In this document: piece after piece, positions 13,473 to 25,171 of the stretch
How positions within the stretch are numbered: the stretch's first letter is position 1
How the letters are laid out: each line of letters begins with the position of its first letter
Assembly: GCF_032444005.1 (NCBI RefSeq)
Contig: NC_091283.1
Coordinates: 558,868,001-558,932,000, forward strand
Reading direction: 5' to 3'
DNA length: 64,000 nt
Origin: Ranitomeya imitator
Taxonomy: Eukaryota
Program-made: the position numbers and the translations under genes
The notes under the pieces: generated by a model
What the model was told of the DNA's origin: nothing
Seen by the model: the letters and a program-made list of their open reading frames with translations, nothing else
The model's database searches: none

Positions 13473-14239
13473 GTAAGTAACTTAGGTTGCATGGAAGGCC
13501 GCACCACCTGACCTTATCAGCTATAATCTTTTATATTAATAATCTGATAGATCTGAAAGTCGGGGTTCAGCTACATCTTTATAGAAAATCTAATAGCAGC
13601 AATATAGATGTACAGAAAATCATTGTGCAACTATGTGGACACTAGTCTTCAAATGAAATGCTCCATATCCAAATGTAGACTAGAAAAAAACAAGCTGTTT
13701 TTGCAGTATGTAGTTCAGTATTTAGAAACTGTGGTAGTTATAGAAATAGAATTAGTATGTTCAGCGGACCAGAATCAAACAGTGCATCTAAGCTTACTGG
13801 GTCGTGACGTTGGATCAAAACCACTTGTCTGAAAGCATTTGTTTGTATATGTGCTGAATAAGCGTTACAATGTAACAACTTAATGACCGCCAATACTCAT
13901 TTCTACTGACCTAAGGCTACTTTCACACTAGCGTTAACTGCAATCCGTCCCAAAAACGTCTTTTTCCCGAAAAAACGGATGCGTCAAAAAACTGCAAAAC
14001 GTATGCAACGAATACAGCATTTCGACGGATCCGTCGCAAAACCGTCGCAAATCCGATAAACGGTTCCGTTGAAATGCTGGATGCGTTGCATACGTTTTTT
14101 CCATCCGTTGCATACGTTTTTACGACGGATCCGTTTTTAAAATGGGAGGCACCAAAATTTGATTGGCTACTGGAAACTAGGGAAATCTATATACTGACTG
14201 TATTTACAGCCCATCTTTGAGGGTTTTAGTTTAGTGGCA

Positions 14240-15796
14240 ATGATGGATGGTGTAATTGGGAGGATTTCGAGTTTGGTTACTGAAGTTATATTTGAGACGA
14301 ATCGCCTGGATATCATAGTGCGGGAGAAGGAGGCGGCAGCAGAAAGACGGATGATGCAACGGAGAAGGCGACGATTCTGGATACATCCAATCAATGAGCT
14401 GCGGATGACCAGGGGTGTCCAGTCCACTCTATCTGGAGTTGCGGTGCAACCCCCAAAAATTCTTTAGTTATGTACGGATGAGGATGGAGCATTTCGATTA
14501 TTTGGTTGGAAAAATAGAGGATGTCATCCAAAGGCAGGACACAAGGATGAGGCTTGCCATCACACCGGCGGAGCGGCTCATGGTGACACTGCGGTAAGCA
14601 TTTTTTCTTTATGTCATTGCTCATATTGAATGTGAGTACATGCTGCAGAGAATACTGCGCTGACACATTGCGCCGCATTTACTGTAGCATGTCATTTGTT
14701 GGTTTATGTGAGGCCATTCCACTTGTTTTTTTTTCTTGTGTCATTGGTCATATTGAATGTTATTACATGCTGCAGAGAATACTGCGCTGACACATTGCGC
14801 CGCATTTACTGTAGCATGTAATTTGTTGGTTTATTTGAGGCCATTCCACTTGTTTTTCTTGGTTGATGGTCTGTGCAATTTTTTTTTACATTTTTTTTTA
14901 TTTTTCCCTGCAGCTTCCTAGCTACGGGTGAGTCTTTGACTTCACTCCATTTCCAATTCCGGCTGGGGATTTCCACTATTGGCGGAATTGTGAAGGACAC
15001 ATGTCGTGCGATTTGGGACACTTTACAGCTGGAGTATATCCCACAACCAACAATGGAAATCTGGATGAGAAGTTCCGAACAATTTGAGCGAATGTGTAAT
15101 TTTCCAAATTGTGTTGGTGCTGTGGACGGCAAACACATTAGGATTGCAAAACCGGCAGGAACAGGATCAGAGTACTATAACTATAAAAAATACTTCTCAA
15201 TTGTACTCATGGCTATTGCTGACGCCAACTGCCGATTCCTTGCTGTGGATATAGGAGCGTATGGCCGGTCCAACGACTCCCAAGTGTTTAAAAACTCTCC
15301 GATGGGTCGCTGCCTGTATGGAGATACATACAATTTCCCGCCAGCAAGACCGCTCCCAGGAACCAGTGAACCAGCCATGCCATATGTGTGTGTAGGTGAT
15401 GAAGCCTTTCAACTGTCGCCGCACCTACTGAAACCATACAGCAGCCGTGAATTACACCGCACCAAGCGGGTATTTAATTACCGTCTTACCAGAGCAAGAA
15501 GAGTGGTAGAGTGCTCTTTCGGTATTTTGACAGCAAAGTGGAGAGTTCTGCTGACGGCAATAAAACTGGATACAAAAACTGTAGACGATGTTGTCAAGGC
15601 ATGTGTGGTGCTCCATAATTTTGTTATTTCAAAGGAGCCCGTTACCTTGGATGACGAACAATTGGAGACATCCTTGTGGGATTACCGAAGTGCCTCTGTT
15701 CGCTCCACAGGTTCTGTTACTAGGATGAGGGAACAGTTTGCTGAATATTTTTTGTCACCTGTTGGGCGGATTCCATGGCAAGACATAATTGTGTGA
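14240..15796 (+). pseudogene. Harbinger (HARBI1-like DDE) transposase; exons 14240-14593 and 14914-15796; one 2-nt frameshift near 14428-14431
   Basis: Splice CG|gtaagc...ccctgcag|C joins TLR-FLATGES. Catalytic GAVDGKH, GDEAF and VECSFG are intact. The frame changes between RGVQSTL and YLELR. The restored CDS would be 412 aa. Confidence 0.92.
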
Positions 15797-16134
15797 CTTT
15801 TTTTTAATTTTTTTTCTTTTTTTTTTCCAAAATTTTTTGGTAGCAACTGCCACAAAAAAAAAAAAAAAAAAAACAGTGTGTGTGGTTTGCTTGCTAATAT
15901 AATATAAAACCATTTTGTTAAACCTTGAAAACGTCTGGTGTTTCTTTTCACTTAACCTTTCATATTTACCTTAATTAATGAACACACACACACAGTAGAT
16001 TGTAAACCAGAATTATGTTTATTTCAAAAAATATATTTTTTGTGGGTAATTTTCCCACACAATTTTTTTTTTGGTAATTTAAAGAACCTTTCTTTTTTTG
16101 GCAAAAAAAAACTATGTACAAGTACATTCCAGGT

Positions 16135-17777
16135 TCACAGGTCCTGGTATTGTTGGGTGGAGTAACTATGGGAGGAGGGGCTGGAAGGTTGGACCACGTC
16201 GGTAGGTGGGATTGGGGAAACCCTACCTGTTGCGTCTGTAGTGGAAGGGGGGGGGGAAACAGGAGGCTGACCAGAGGGGTGTTGTGTTGGGGTAGGTGGA
16301 AAACTTACTGGGGAAGGAAAGCTGGGCAAAGATGAAGAAAACACGGGTGAATACATTTGGGTTGTGGGCCGGGTTGGGTATTGGTAGTGATGTTGATATT
16401 GAGAGTGATGTGGATATTGGGACTGGCGGTGATATTGTGGGGCATGGTGTTGAAATTGGGACTGGGATGTGTGGGGAGGTGTGGGGGTAGATTGGGGTTC
16501 GTTAATTACCTTCAGCAGAGCGTTATGGCAGCTATTCATTACCCGCATCTGCTGATCAAAAGAAAGCTTTTCCATGCTCCTGAGCATGGACTGAAAAAAA
16601 AGATTGGCTGGAGCTTGACTTACATCTAAATGCAGTCTATCCAAGCGACTGCTGATTTCATGGTGGTTTTCACTCATGCGTGATTGCATCATGCTGAAAC
16701 CAGCAGTCACTTGTTCTCCCAAAATTTTAAATGAATTTTGGAAGCCTGCATTTAGATGCAAGAACTCAGGAGCATAGCTCCTTTCCTGACCCCTCTGACG
16801 CTGCCGCCATGAACCTACCGGTGGTGTAGAGGTGGCAGGGTCAGAGGGGTGGGGTAAAGGGAACGCTATCTGTTGACCATCAGATGCGAGTAAGGAAGGC
16901 TGCACTCCACTGGTAGAGGCGGATGAAGTGGAGGGGACAGAGGGGTGAGAGGTGTGGGGCCTACCGACGTGGTCCCCGGTGGCGGACTCAGGAGGGATCG
17001 CTTCAGAGGGTGCAGAGGTAGATGCAGGCGCACGGTGGCTGGAGTAGGTGCTGTGAAAGAAAAAAAAATAAGTTAATATATTGATATGAAAAAGGCCGGA
17101 CTGAAACAAAAGTTTTGTGATTAGACAGGTTCTTACTGTGATGTTGAATACTTACACTCTACTCAGCATGGTTTCCCTCAGGAAGGAGAGGTTCGGGCCA
17201 TATCTGTACCTCCTCTTCTTCCTTGCTGCTGAGCCACTCGGGGCCTGCATCTCCTCGTTAAACTCCCTCTTAAAGCGATCCCTCAATGACCGCCACCGCT
17301 TCCTAACCTTGGTACCTGTGAAGACAGGAATGAAGAAAAAAAAAAAAATATTCGTAAATGCAAGACATTACATTCAGCTCAAAACATCACTGAAAAGTGA
17401 ATACTTACATAGTTTGCTCTGCTGCTGTGGAAGAAGGTCCTCCCACCTCGCAAAGATGTTCCGGCATACTTCCAACCAGAGCCGACGGGTGACACTGGTA
17501 TCAGCATGCCTGCGGTCAGCCATGTTCCACAGTGGCTCCCGTTCACGAACCTCCTCGATGAGGGCTTCAATATCGATATCTGAATCGTATTCGGGAGCAC
17601 ACTGTGAAGCCTGTTAGAACAAAAAAAAAAGAAAGAATTAAAAATTAGTAGACTGAAAGCAAAAAATTAACAATTGAAGCCCCACAAAAAACCGACTCAC
17701 TGATGGCCGACCGCGGCGTCGAGTCCGCCGACTCTGGGAGCGCCTGGGAGAACCTTCATGCTGTGCTGGACGTTCAG

Positions 17778-17817
<40 letters not shown>

Positions 17818-18141
17818 CTGAAATAAAGGATAAAAAAATTAGCTTTAATGTATGTATATGTTTTCTGTGTTACGTTATATTTGAAATTCTGTTTTGTGTA
17901 CGGTGCAGTGTGATGTGTGAAGCAAGTGTTTCACCACTACTTACACTTGGTTCCTCCTCCACTTCGATGTCTCCACCCGTCTCGGTCCCTTCCGACAGCT
18001 CCTCATCGGATTCTGATTCCTGTTTAAACATAATAAATGCATGTAGTGACTCAAAATGATGTAAATTTTTAAAAAAAAAACAAAAAAATTTTTTTTACTT
18101 ACCGATACCTGCTGTGGAGGAGGGCTGCCGGAAGAGGACAT
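16135..18141 (-). CDS. Harbinger MADF/Myb-SANT-like protein, 502 aa; exons 18141-18103, 18019-17945, 17817-17701, 17610-17409, 17315-17156, 17050-16135
   Basis: All introns GT-AG and phases consistent (1509 nt). MADF core DIEALIEEVREREPLWNMADRRH...KVRKRWRSLRDRFKREF. Poly-Ala from a (CAG)n tract. Confidence 0.88.
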
Positions 18142-18142
18142 T

Positions 18143-19299
18143 GTGTGGCTGTGGTCCAGGTGGCTGTGGTCCTGGTAGGTCTGTAAGTTAAAAGACACTT
18201 GCAATCTGCTCTACACATTGAAGTAGCAGATTTGGAGTCTTCAAAACTTACTTTTCAGGTTTTCTGGATGTGGGCCAGGTGGCTGTGGTCCAGGTGGCTG
18301 TGGTCCAGGTGGCTGTGGTCCAGGTGGCTGTGGTCCAGGTGGCTGTGGTCCAGGTGGCTGTGGTCCAGGTGGCTGTGGTCCTGGTAGGTCTGTAAGTTAA
18401 AAGACACTTGCAATCTGCTCTACACATTGAAGTAGCAGATTTGGGGTCTTCAAAACTTACTTTTCAGATTTTCTGGATGTGGGCCAGGTGGCTGTGGTCA
18501 AGGTGGCTGTGGTCCAGGTGGCTGTGGTCCAGGTGGCTGTGGTCAAGGTGGCTGTGGTCAAGGTGGCTGTGGTCCAGGTGGCTGTGGTCCAGGTGGCTGT
18601 GGTCCTGGTAGGTCTGTAAGTTAAAAGACACTTGCAATCTGCTCTACACATTGAAGTAGCAGATTTGGGGTCTTCAAAACTTACTTTTCAGATTTTCTGG
18701 ATGTGGGCCAGGTGGCTGTGGTCAAGGTGGCTGTGGTCAAGGTGGCTGTGGTCCAGGTGGCTGTGGTCCAGGTGGCTGTGGTCAAGGTGGCTGTGGTCCA
18801 GGTGGCTGTGGTCCAGGTGGCTGTGGTCCAGGTGGCTGTGGTCCAGGTGGCTGTGGTCAAGGTGGCTGTGGTCCAGGTGGCTGTGGTCCAGGTGGCTGTG
18901 GTCCAGGTGGCTGTGGTCCAGGTGGCTGTGGTCCTGGTAGGTCTGTAAGTTAAAAGACACTTGCAATCTGCTCTACACATTGAAGTAGCAGATTTGGGGT
19001 CTTCAAAACTTACTTTTCAGATTTTCTGGATGTGGGCCAGGTGGCTGTGGTCAAGGTGGCTGTGGTCAAGGTGGCTGTGGTCCAGGTGGCTGTGGTCAAG
19101 GTGGCTGTGGTCCAGGTGGCTGTGGTCCAGGTGGCTGTGGTCCTGGTAGGTCTGTAAGTTAAAAGACACTTGCAATCTGCTCTACACATTGAAGTAGCAG
19201 ATTTGGGGTCTTCAAAACTTACTTTTCAGATTTTCTTGATGTGGGCCAGGTGGCTGTGGTCCAGGTGGCTTATGCCGGTCAGTGTGGTCCCTACTCTAT
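18143..19299 (-). repeat. Tandem array of five 71-nt introns alternating with exons built of 15-bp repeats (ACCTGGACCACAGCC)n
   Basis: Introns 18181-18251, 18390-18460, 18614-18684, 18943-19013 and 19152-19222, each gtaagt...ttacag on the minus strand. Intervening exons are 138, 153, 258 and 138 nt. Confidence 0.9.
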
Positions 19300-19880
19300 C
19301 TGCAATATAATAAGTATAATGGATTGAAAGTTAGACCAAAGCAGAAATAGGTAATGTTTACCACTAAACACCATGTTAAAATGAGAAAAATATGTGAACA
19401 CCCAAACCCAAAAACTGGTGCACGTTATACCATTCTTTTCCATGTCCCAAAAACAAAAAAAGGTAAACTGTGAGACACCTTTAAAAATATTTTTATGTTT
19501 TAAAAAAAAAACAATTACCTCCCCGAAATAAAATTTCAAAGGATAACCTTTATTAAAAAATGACCACTCAAACAACTCTGTATTGCATGTGTAACCATTG
19601 GTACATACACCTGATTTAAATTTACCTTTAAGAAATTATACTACGGACAATTTTTTAAGAAACATTTTATTAATATATAATTTTTTTCTTTTTTTTTTTT
19701 TTTAAATCACAATGGAGCAGAAATGCTCTTTATTTTAAAATACAAGTACATCGAATGGGAATGGTTAAGTAAATTTAAAAAAAAAAAATATAACCTCAAG
19801 CTGCAGACCATTAGACTTTGCAATAATACATCCATTTTAATAAACAAAAAAAAAAAAAAGTGCACAAAACACTATACTAA

Positions 19881-20609
19881 AGGTACTGTCACACTAGACG
19901 ATATCGCTAGCGATCTGTGACGTTGCAGCGTCCTCACTAGCGATATCGTCCAGTGTGACAGGCAGCAGCGATCAGGCCCCTGCTGTGATGTCGCTGGTCG
20001 GGGAATAAAGTCCAGAACTTTATTTGGTCGCTGGACTCCCCGCAGACATCGCTGAATCGGCGTGTGTGACACCGATTCAGCGATGTCTTTGCTGGTAACC
20101 AGGGTAAACATCGGGTAACTAAGCGCAGGGCGGCGCTTAGTAACCCGATGTTTACCCTGGTTACCAGCGTAAAAAAACAAACAGTACATACTTACATTCA
20201 GCTGTCTGTCCCCTGCCGTCTGGTTCCTGCAATGACTGCTGGCCGGAAAGTGAAAGTGAAAGCACAGCACAGCGGTGAGTCACACAGCGATGACTCACCG
20301 CTGTGGCTGTGCTCTGCTTTCACTTTACGGCCAGCATTCAGTGCAGTAACCAGACGGCAGGGGACAGACAGCTGAATGTAAGTATGTACTGTTTGTTTTT
20401 TTACGCTGGTAACCAGGGTAAACATCGGGTTACTAAGCGCGGCCCTGCGCTTAGTTACCCGATGTTTACCCTGGTTTACCGGGGACCTCTGGATCGTTGG
20501 TCGCTGGAGAGCGGTCTTTGTGACAGCTCTCCAGCGACCAAACAGCGACGCTGCAGCGATCCGGATCGTTGTCGGTATCGCTGCAGCGTCGCTAAGTGTG
20601 ACGGTACCT
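19881..20609. mobile_element. Harbinger MITE, AGGTAC family, copy 2 (inside the autonomous Harbinger)
   Basis: TAA|AGGTACTGTCACACT ... GTGTGACGGTACCT|TAA. Confidence 0.88.
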
Positions 20610-20612
20610 TAA

Positions 20613-21304
20613 AGGTACCGTCACAATGAACGATATCGCTAGCAAACCGTGACGTTGCAGCGTCCTGGTTAGCGATATCGTTCAGTTTGACACACAGCGG
20701 CGATCAGAATCCTGCTGTGATGTCATTGGTCGCTGCAGAAAGTCCAGAACTTTATTTCGTTGCTGGACTTTATGTAGACATCGCTGAATCGCCGTGTGTG
20801 ACGCCAATTAAGCGATTTGTTCACTGGTAACTAGGGTAAACATCAGGTTACTAAGCGCGGCTCTGCACTTATTAACCCGATGTTTACCCTGGTTAACAGT
20901 GTAAAAGTAAGAAAAAACACAAACACTTCATACTTATGTTCCGCTGTCTGTCCCTCGGCGTTCTGCTTCTCTGCCCTGTATAAGCACAGCGGCCGGAAAG
21001 CAGAGTGGTGACGTCACCGCTCTGCTCTGCTTTACGGCTGGCTGGCGCTCACAATGCAGAGAAGCACAGCACGGGGACAGACAGCGGATATTTTTTTTTT
21101 TACTTTTACACTGGTAACCATGGTAAACATCGGGTTACTAAGCGCGGCTATGCACTTAGTAACCCCATGTTTACCCTGGTTACTGGCATCGTTGGTTGCT
21201 GGAGAGCTGTCTGTGTAACAGCTCTCCAGCGACCAAACAGCGACGCTGCAGTGATCCGGATTATTGTCGGTATTGCTGCAGCGTCACTCAGTGTGACGGT
21301 ACCT
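20613..21304. mobile_element. Harbinger MITE, AGGTAC family, copy 3 (shares a TAA with copy 2)
   Basis: GGTACCT|TAA|AGGTACC junction at 20603-20619. Right end GTGACGGTACCT|TAA. Confidence 0.88.
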
Positions 21305-21771
21305 TAATTAGTAAATACATCAAAAATCAATATTAACCAATATGGCATTGACAAATGCACATGCAACCAACAAGACGCACACAAACATACCTGCAAGCCG
21401 AGTCATAACGCAAGCATAACACATGAACAGTCGCAATATTGACGAAGGCATAATAAGGTGCAGGCACGTGAACACATACATACAAAAGCACACAGCAGTA
21501 CAAAAATAAACACACACACCCACACACACACACACACACACGGCCATCAGTCCTCCGGCTGGAGCTTGATATCTTCACAGTGGCAGGCCTCACGGTGGAT
21601 CTGGACTGTAGCATGGCAATGGCTGTTGCAGGATGACGGCAGGCCTCAGGTTGGATTCAGGTTTTATAAGCTCTTGCTATAGTCAGTACGTCATACACAA
21701 ATGCGCACACACACACACACACACAAATGGCAATATACTCACACTGTTGTAGTGTGTCTGGTCCTTGCTGC

Positions 21772-22128
21772 CAGGCTGGGCTCTTGGTGTCCGGCAGGGC
21801 TCTTGGGGTCCAGGCTGGGCTCTTGGGGTCCGGCTGGGCTCTTGGTGTCCAGGCTGTGCTCTTGGTGTCCGGCAGGGCTCTTGGGGTCCAGGCTGGGCTC
21901 TTGGGGTCCGGCTGTGCTCTTGGTGTCCAGGCTGTGCTCTTGGTGTCCGGCAGGGCTCTTGGGGTCCAGGCTGGGCTCTTGGGGTCCGGCTGGGCTCTTG
22001 GTGTCCAGGCTGTGCTCTTGGTGTCCGGCAGGGCTCTTGGTGTCCGGCAGGGCTCTTGGGGTCCAGGCTGGGCTCTTGGGGTCCGGCTGGGCTCTTGGTG
22101 TCCAGGCTGGGCTCTTGGTGTCCGGCTG
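21772..22128. repeat. 19-20-bp minisatellite (GGGCTCTTGG(G/T)GTCC(A/-)GGC(T/A)) in the Harbinger right arm
   Basis: About 18 tandem units visible directly. Confidence 0.9.
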
Positions 22129-22193
22129 GCTGGAGGCTTCTTCTTCTCTCTGAGTCTTGCTGGCATATGTGGGGGTTGAAGGCCCAGACCAGG

Positions 22194-22201
22194 TTTATAT
22201 A
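22194..22201 (-). promoter_or_regulatory. Candidate TATA box of the Harbinger MADF transcription unit
   Basis: TATATAAA on the minus strand upstream of a chain of GT-AG bounded leader exons. Confidence 0.5.
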
Positions 22202-23039
22202 GATTTGGGGATGTCTGGCCATTTAGATAAAAACACCTGTTTCTGAGCATGCTCAGTAGAAAAAAACGTATTGCAGCGCTGCATTGCGTCGTACGACGTG
22301 TCTCGACGCATCCGTCGCTCATAGACTTTCATTCTAGCAAAAGACGCATGCCGACGAATGCGCCGAGACACGTTTTATTGGCGGAGACAAAAAACGTTAC
22401 AATCTTCTTTTTTCCAGACGACGTGTCGCCTCTTTTCGACGCATCCGTCGAAAGACGTATACCGACGAATGCAAATCCGTCGCAATACGTCGCCAATACA
22501 AGTCTATGGGGAAAAAACGTATGCAGCAAAATATTTTGCTGCATACGTTTTTTCTGCAAAACGACGCATTTTAACGTATTGCAGTTAACGCTAGTGTGAA
22601 AGTAGCCTAAGAGATGAAAAAATAGCCCCTCCTGAAAATGCAGCAGATGTTGGATGTATTCTATAGCTGCATCAGCCACTATCGGTGTTGGCACGGTTCA
22701 TGGCCGTTTAAACCCATTAGATGCTGTTTTTAAAAGTGGCATTTAGATGGTTAATTGCAGGAGAGGGCTTTTTATTTAAAGCACCACTCCAGTGGGGTTT
22801 TTTATTGTGAAGAAGTAGCACTTCTAATCTAAGCTGCCCCTAGTCTTACACTTATCTGCTGCCATCTTCTCTTTTTATGGCCATCGCAGTCATATCTTTT
22901 AGTGACAAGATGGTTCCGATGAAAGGTGAAGGCACCAGTGGGAAAGACCGAAGGCCTCATTCAAAAGTTCCTTTTTTTTTTTTTTCCCCCACACATCACA
23001 CACAAGAAAATCAGACTGAGTATTCTGATCAGAGTTTAA

Positions 23040-23425
23040 AGGGAACCTGTCACCCCGTTTTTTCAAGATGATATAAAAATAGCGCTAAATAGGGGCAGAG
23101 CTGGGCTTTAAATTAGTGTGTTTTTGGAGCCTTTATTCCCCACCTATGCTGCCGAAATACCTTTGTAAAGTTGCCGTTTTGGGCTGTCACTCACGCTGGT
23201 CTGGTCATATGGGCGTGGTGACAGCGCTGTTTCTCCCCCAGATCTCTGTTGGTGGCGTAATGGTGTGCGCATGCCCAGCAGGCGAATCCAGTGCGCAGGT
23301 GAAGGAAAAAAGCGCGATCTGCGCTATTCCGCGGTTTATTGGTGGGCGCGGCCATCTTTGTGAGGCCGCGCGTGCGCAGATGGTACTTTTCGGCTTCCCG
23401 GGGCTTCAGGAAAATGGCCGCGAAA
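23040..23425. mobile_element. Truncated Kolobok/T2 MITE (left arm of the 28433 family)
   Basis: TTAA|AGGGAACCTGTCACCCCGTTTTTTCAAG, highly similar to 28433-28800. Confidence 0.8.
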
Positions 23426-23975
23426 ATGGACCCATTGATTTGTATTGCAGATTTTGATTCGACCCTGGGATCAAAATTGGACGTGTTTCCAATATTTTCT
23501 GCGGATCACGAAAATCAGACATCTGAATGAAAGCTAAGGTCAGGGACCTTAGATTAGAAGCACCACATTAGTGGTTGCCATGGCAGTACAAGGCCAGGTC
23601 ACGGCCTCTAGGTCTGCCAGCTACGATGGACTGTGAGAATGTTGGCAACATTTTAGTGGAAAAAAAGTATATAATTTTTCATTTTATTCACTCCACTTTG
23701 CGATAGTTTGATAAACATTCACAGAAATTTGACAGCAATTTTAAATGTTTGAGGGGTATTGTTTTCAAAATGGTGTCCATTTTGCGGTTTGTCCATATGT
23801 AGGACTCTCAAATTCACTTCAAAACTGAGTTGGTCTCTAAAAAAACTATGTTTTGTGAACTTCCTTAAAAAAGGAAAAATTGCTAAACATTTAGGCATCC
23901 AAGCAAAATAAAGGGAGATGTGAAAAATGATGCTGAAGCAAAGTAGACATATTGAAATATTAACTTTTTTGTGTA

Positions 23976-24763
23976 CAGGGTGGGCCATTTATATGGATAC
24001 ACCTAAATAAAATGGGAATTGTTGGTGATATCAACTTCCTGTTTGTGGCACATTAGTATATGGGAGGGGGAAAACTTTTCAAGATGGGTGGTGACCATGG
24101 TGGCCATTTATTTTGAAATCAGCCATTTTGGATCCAACTTTTATTTTTTTCAATGGGAAGAGGGTCATTTGCCACATCACACTTATTGAGCATTTCACAA
24201 GAAAAGCAATGGTGTGCTTGGTTTTAACATAACTTTATTTTTATTTTATTTTACAGGCTTCCAGTATCCGTTGTTTCAGATGCGGCACATCTCGTATCGT
24301 AAGGCAATTGTCTATGCTGTGAAGATACGAGATGTGCAGCATCTGAAACAACGGACACTAGAAGCCTGTGCTAGCATTTCTTCTGCGGTGTTACCATCAG
24401 TGTGTCAAGAGTGGGAGAAGAGGGTTGTATTGACAATCCAACACAATGGGCAGCACTTTGAACACATTTTATAAGTGGTCATAAACTTATAAATAACTCA
24501 GGAACGAATAAAGTTACGTTAAAAACAAGCACACCATTGTTTTTCTTGTGAATTTCTCAATAAATTTGATGTCACATGAACCTCTTCCCATTGAAAAAAA
24601 TAAAGTTGGATCCAAAATGGCTGCCTTCAAAATGGCCGCCATGGTCACCTCCCCTCTTGAAAAGTTTTTCCCCTCCCATATACTAATGTGCCACAAACAG
24701 GAAGTTGATATCACCAACCATTCCCATTTTATTGAGGTGTATCTATATAAATCGCCGACTCTG
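23976..24763. mobile_element. Tc1/mariner-superfamily deletion derivative
   Basis: TA|CAGGGTGGGCC ... GCCGACTCTG|TA with long imperfect TIRs. Transposase C-terminal remnant KAIVYAVK...WEKRV...NGQHFEHIL. Confidence 0.8.
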
Positions 24764-25171
24764 TAGTATAGCTACCGATATGTTTAAGAGTCTAAATATT
24801 CAAAGTTTGGAAATTGCTAATATCTGTTAGTCACAAAATTTCCAATATATTCATTAATGCACTGGTGTATATAAATCCCTTTAAAAGCATATATTTATTT
24901 AGAAATTATAAAACATGCACCTATAAACCCCTGTGCACAGTGAAAAGCTAAGTTTGTATCTGAAAGATCAGTCTATTGCTATTGCACTGATATGTAGGTT
25001 ATGTCTGCACTACCAGCCCACAAATATTTTGCCAATGCTAAATCCTCAGGAAATAAAAAAGATCCCCACGGCCTTCAGATAGATATATTGTGAGAGCGCG
25101 CTCATGAACTGGATTGGGGAACACTCATTTGGCAGCGGGATTAAGGCACACAGGAATGATTTTCCACCTAA

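Larger units (their letters stand above)
13915..22607 (+). mobile_element. Full-length PIF/Harbinger transposon (transposase plus convergent MADF gene)
   Basis: Perfect 30-bp TIRs GGCTACTTTCACACTAGCGTTAACTGCAAT (13915-13944, 22578-22607), TAA TSD on both sides, and both canonical genes. Confidence 0.95.

Noticed and set aside
17703-18059. Plus-strand poly-Gln ORF
   Set aside because: It is the antisense of MADF exons; the (CAG)n tract encodes poly-Ala on the minus strand within a consistent splice chain.
18199-19149. Plus-strand WSRWL and VAVVQ repeat ORFs
   Set aside because: They are antisense readings of the 15-bp repeat; all splice signals are on the minus strand.
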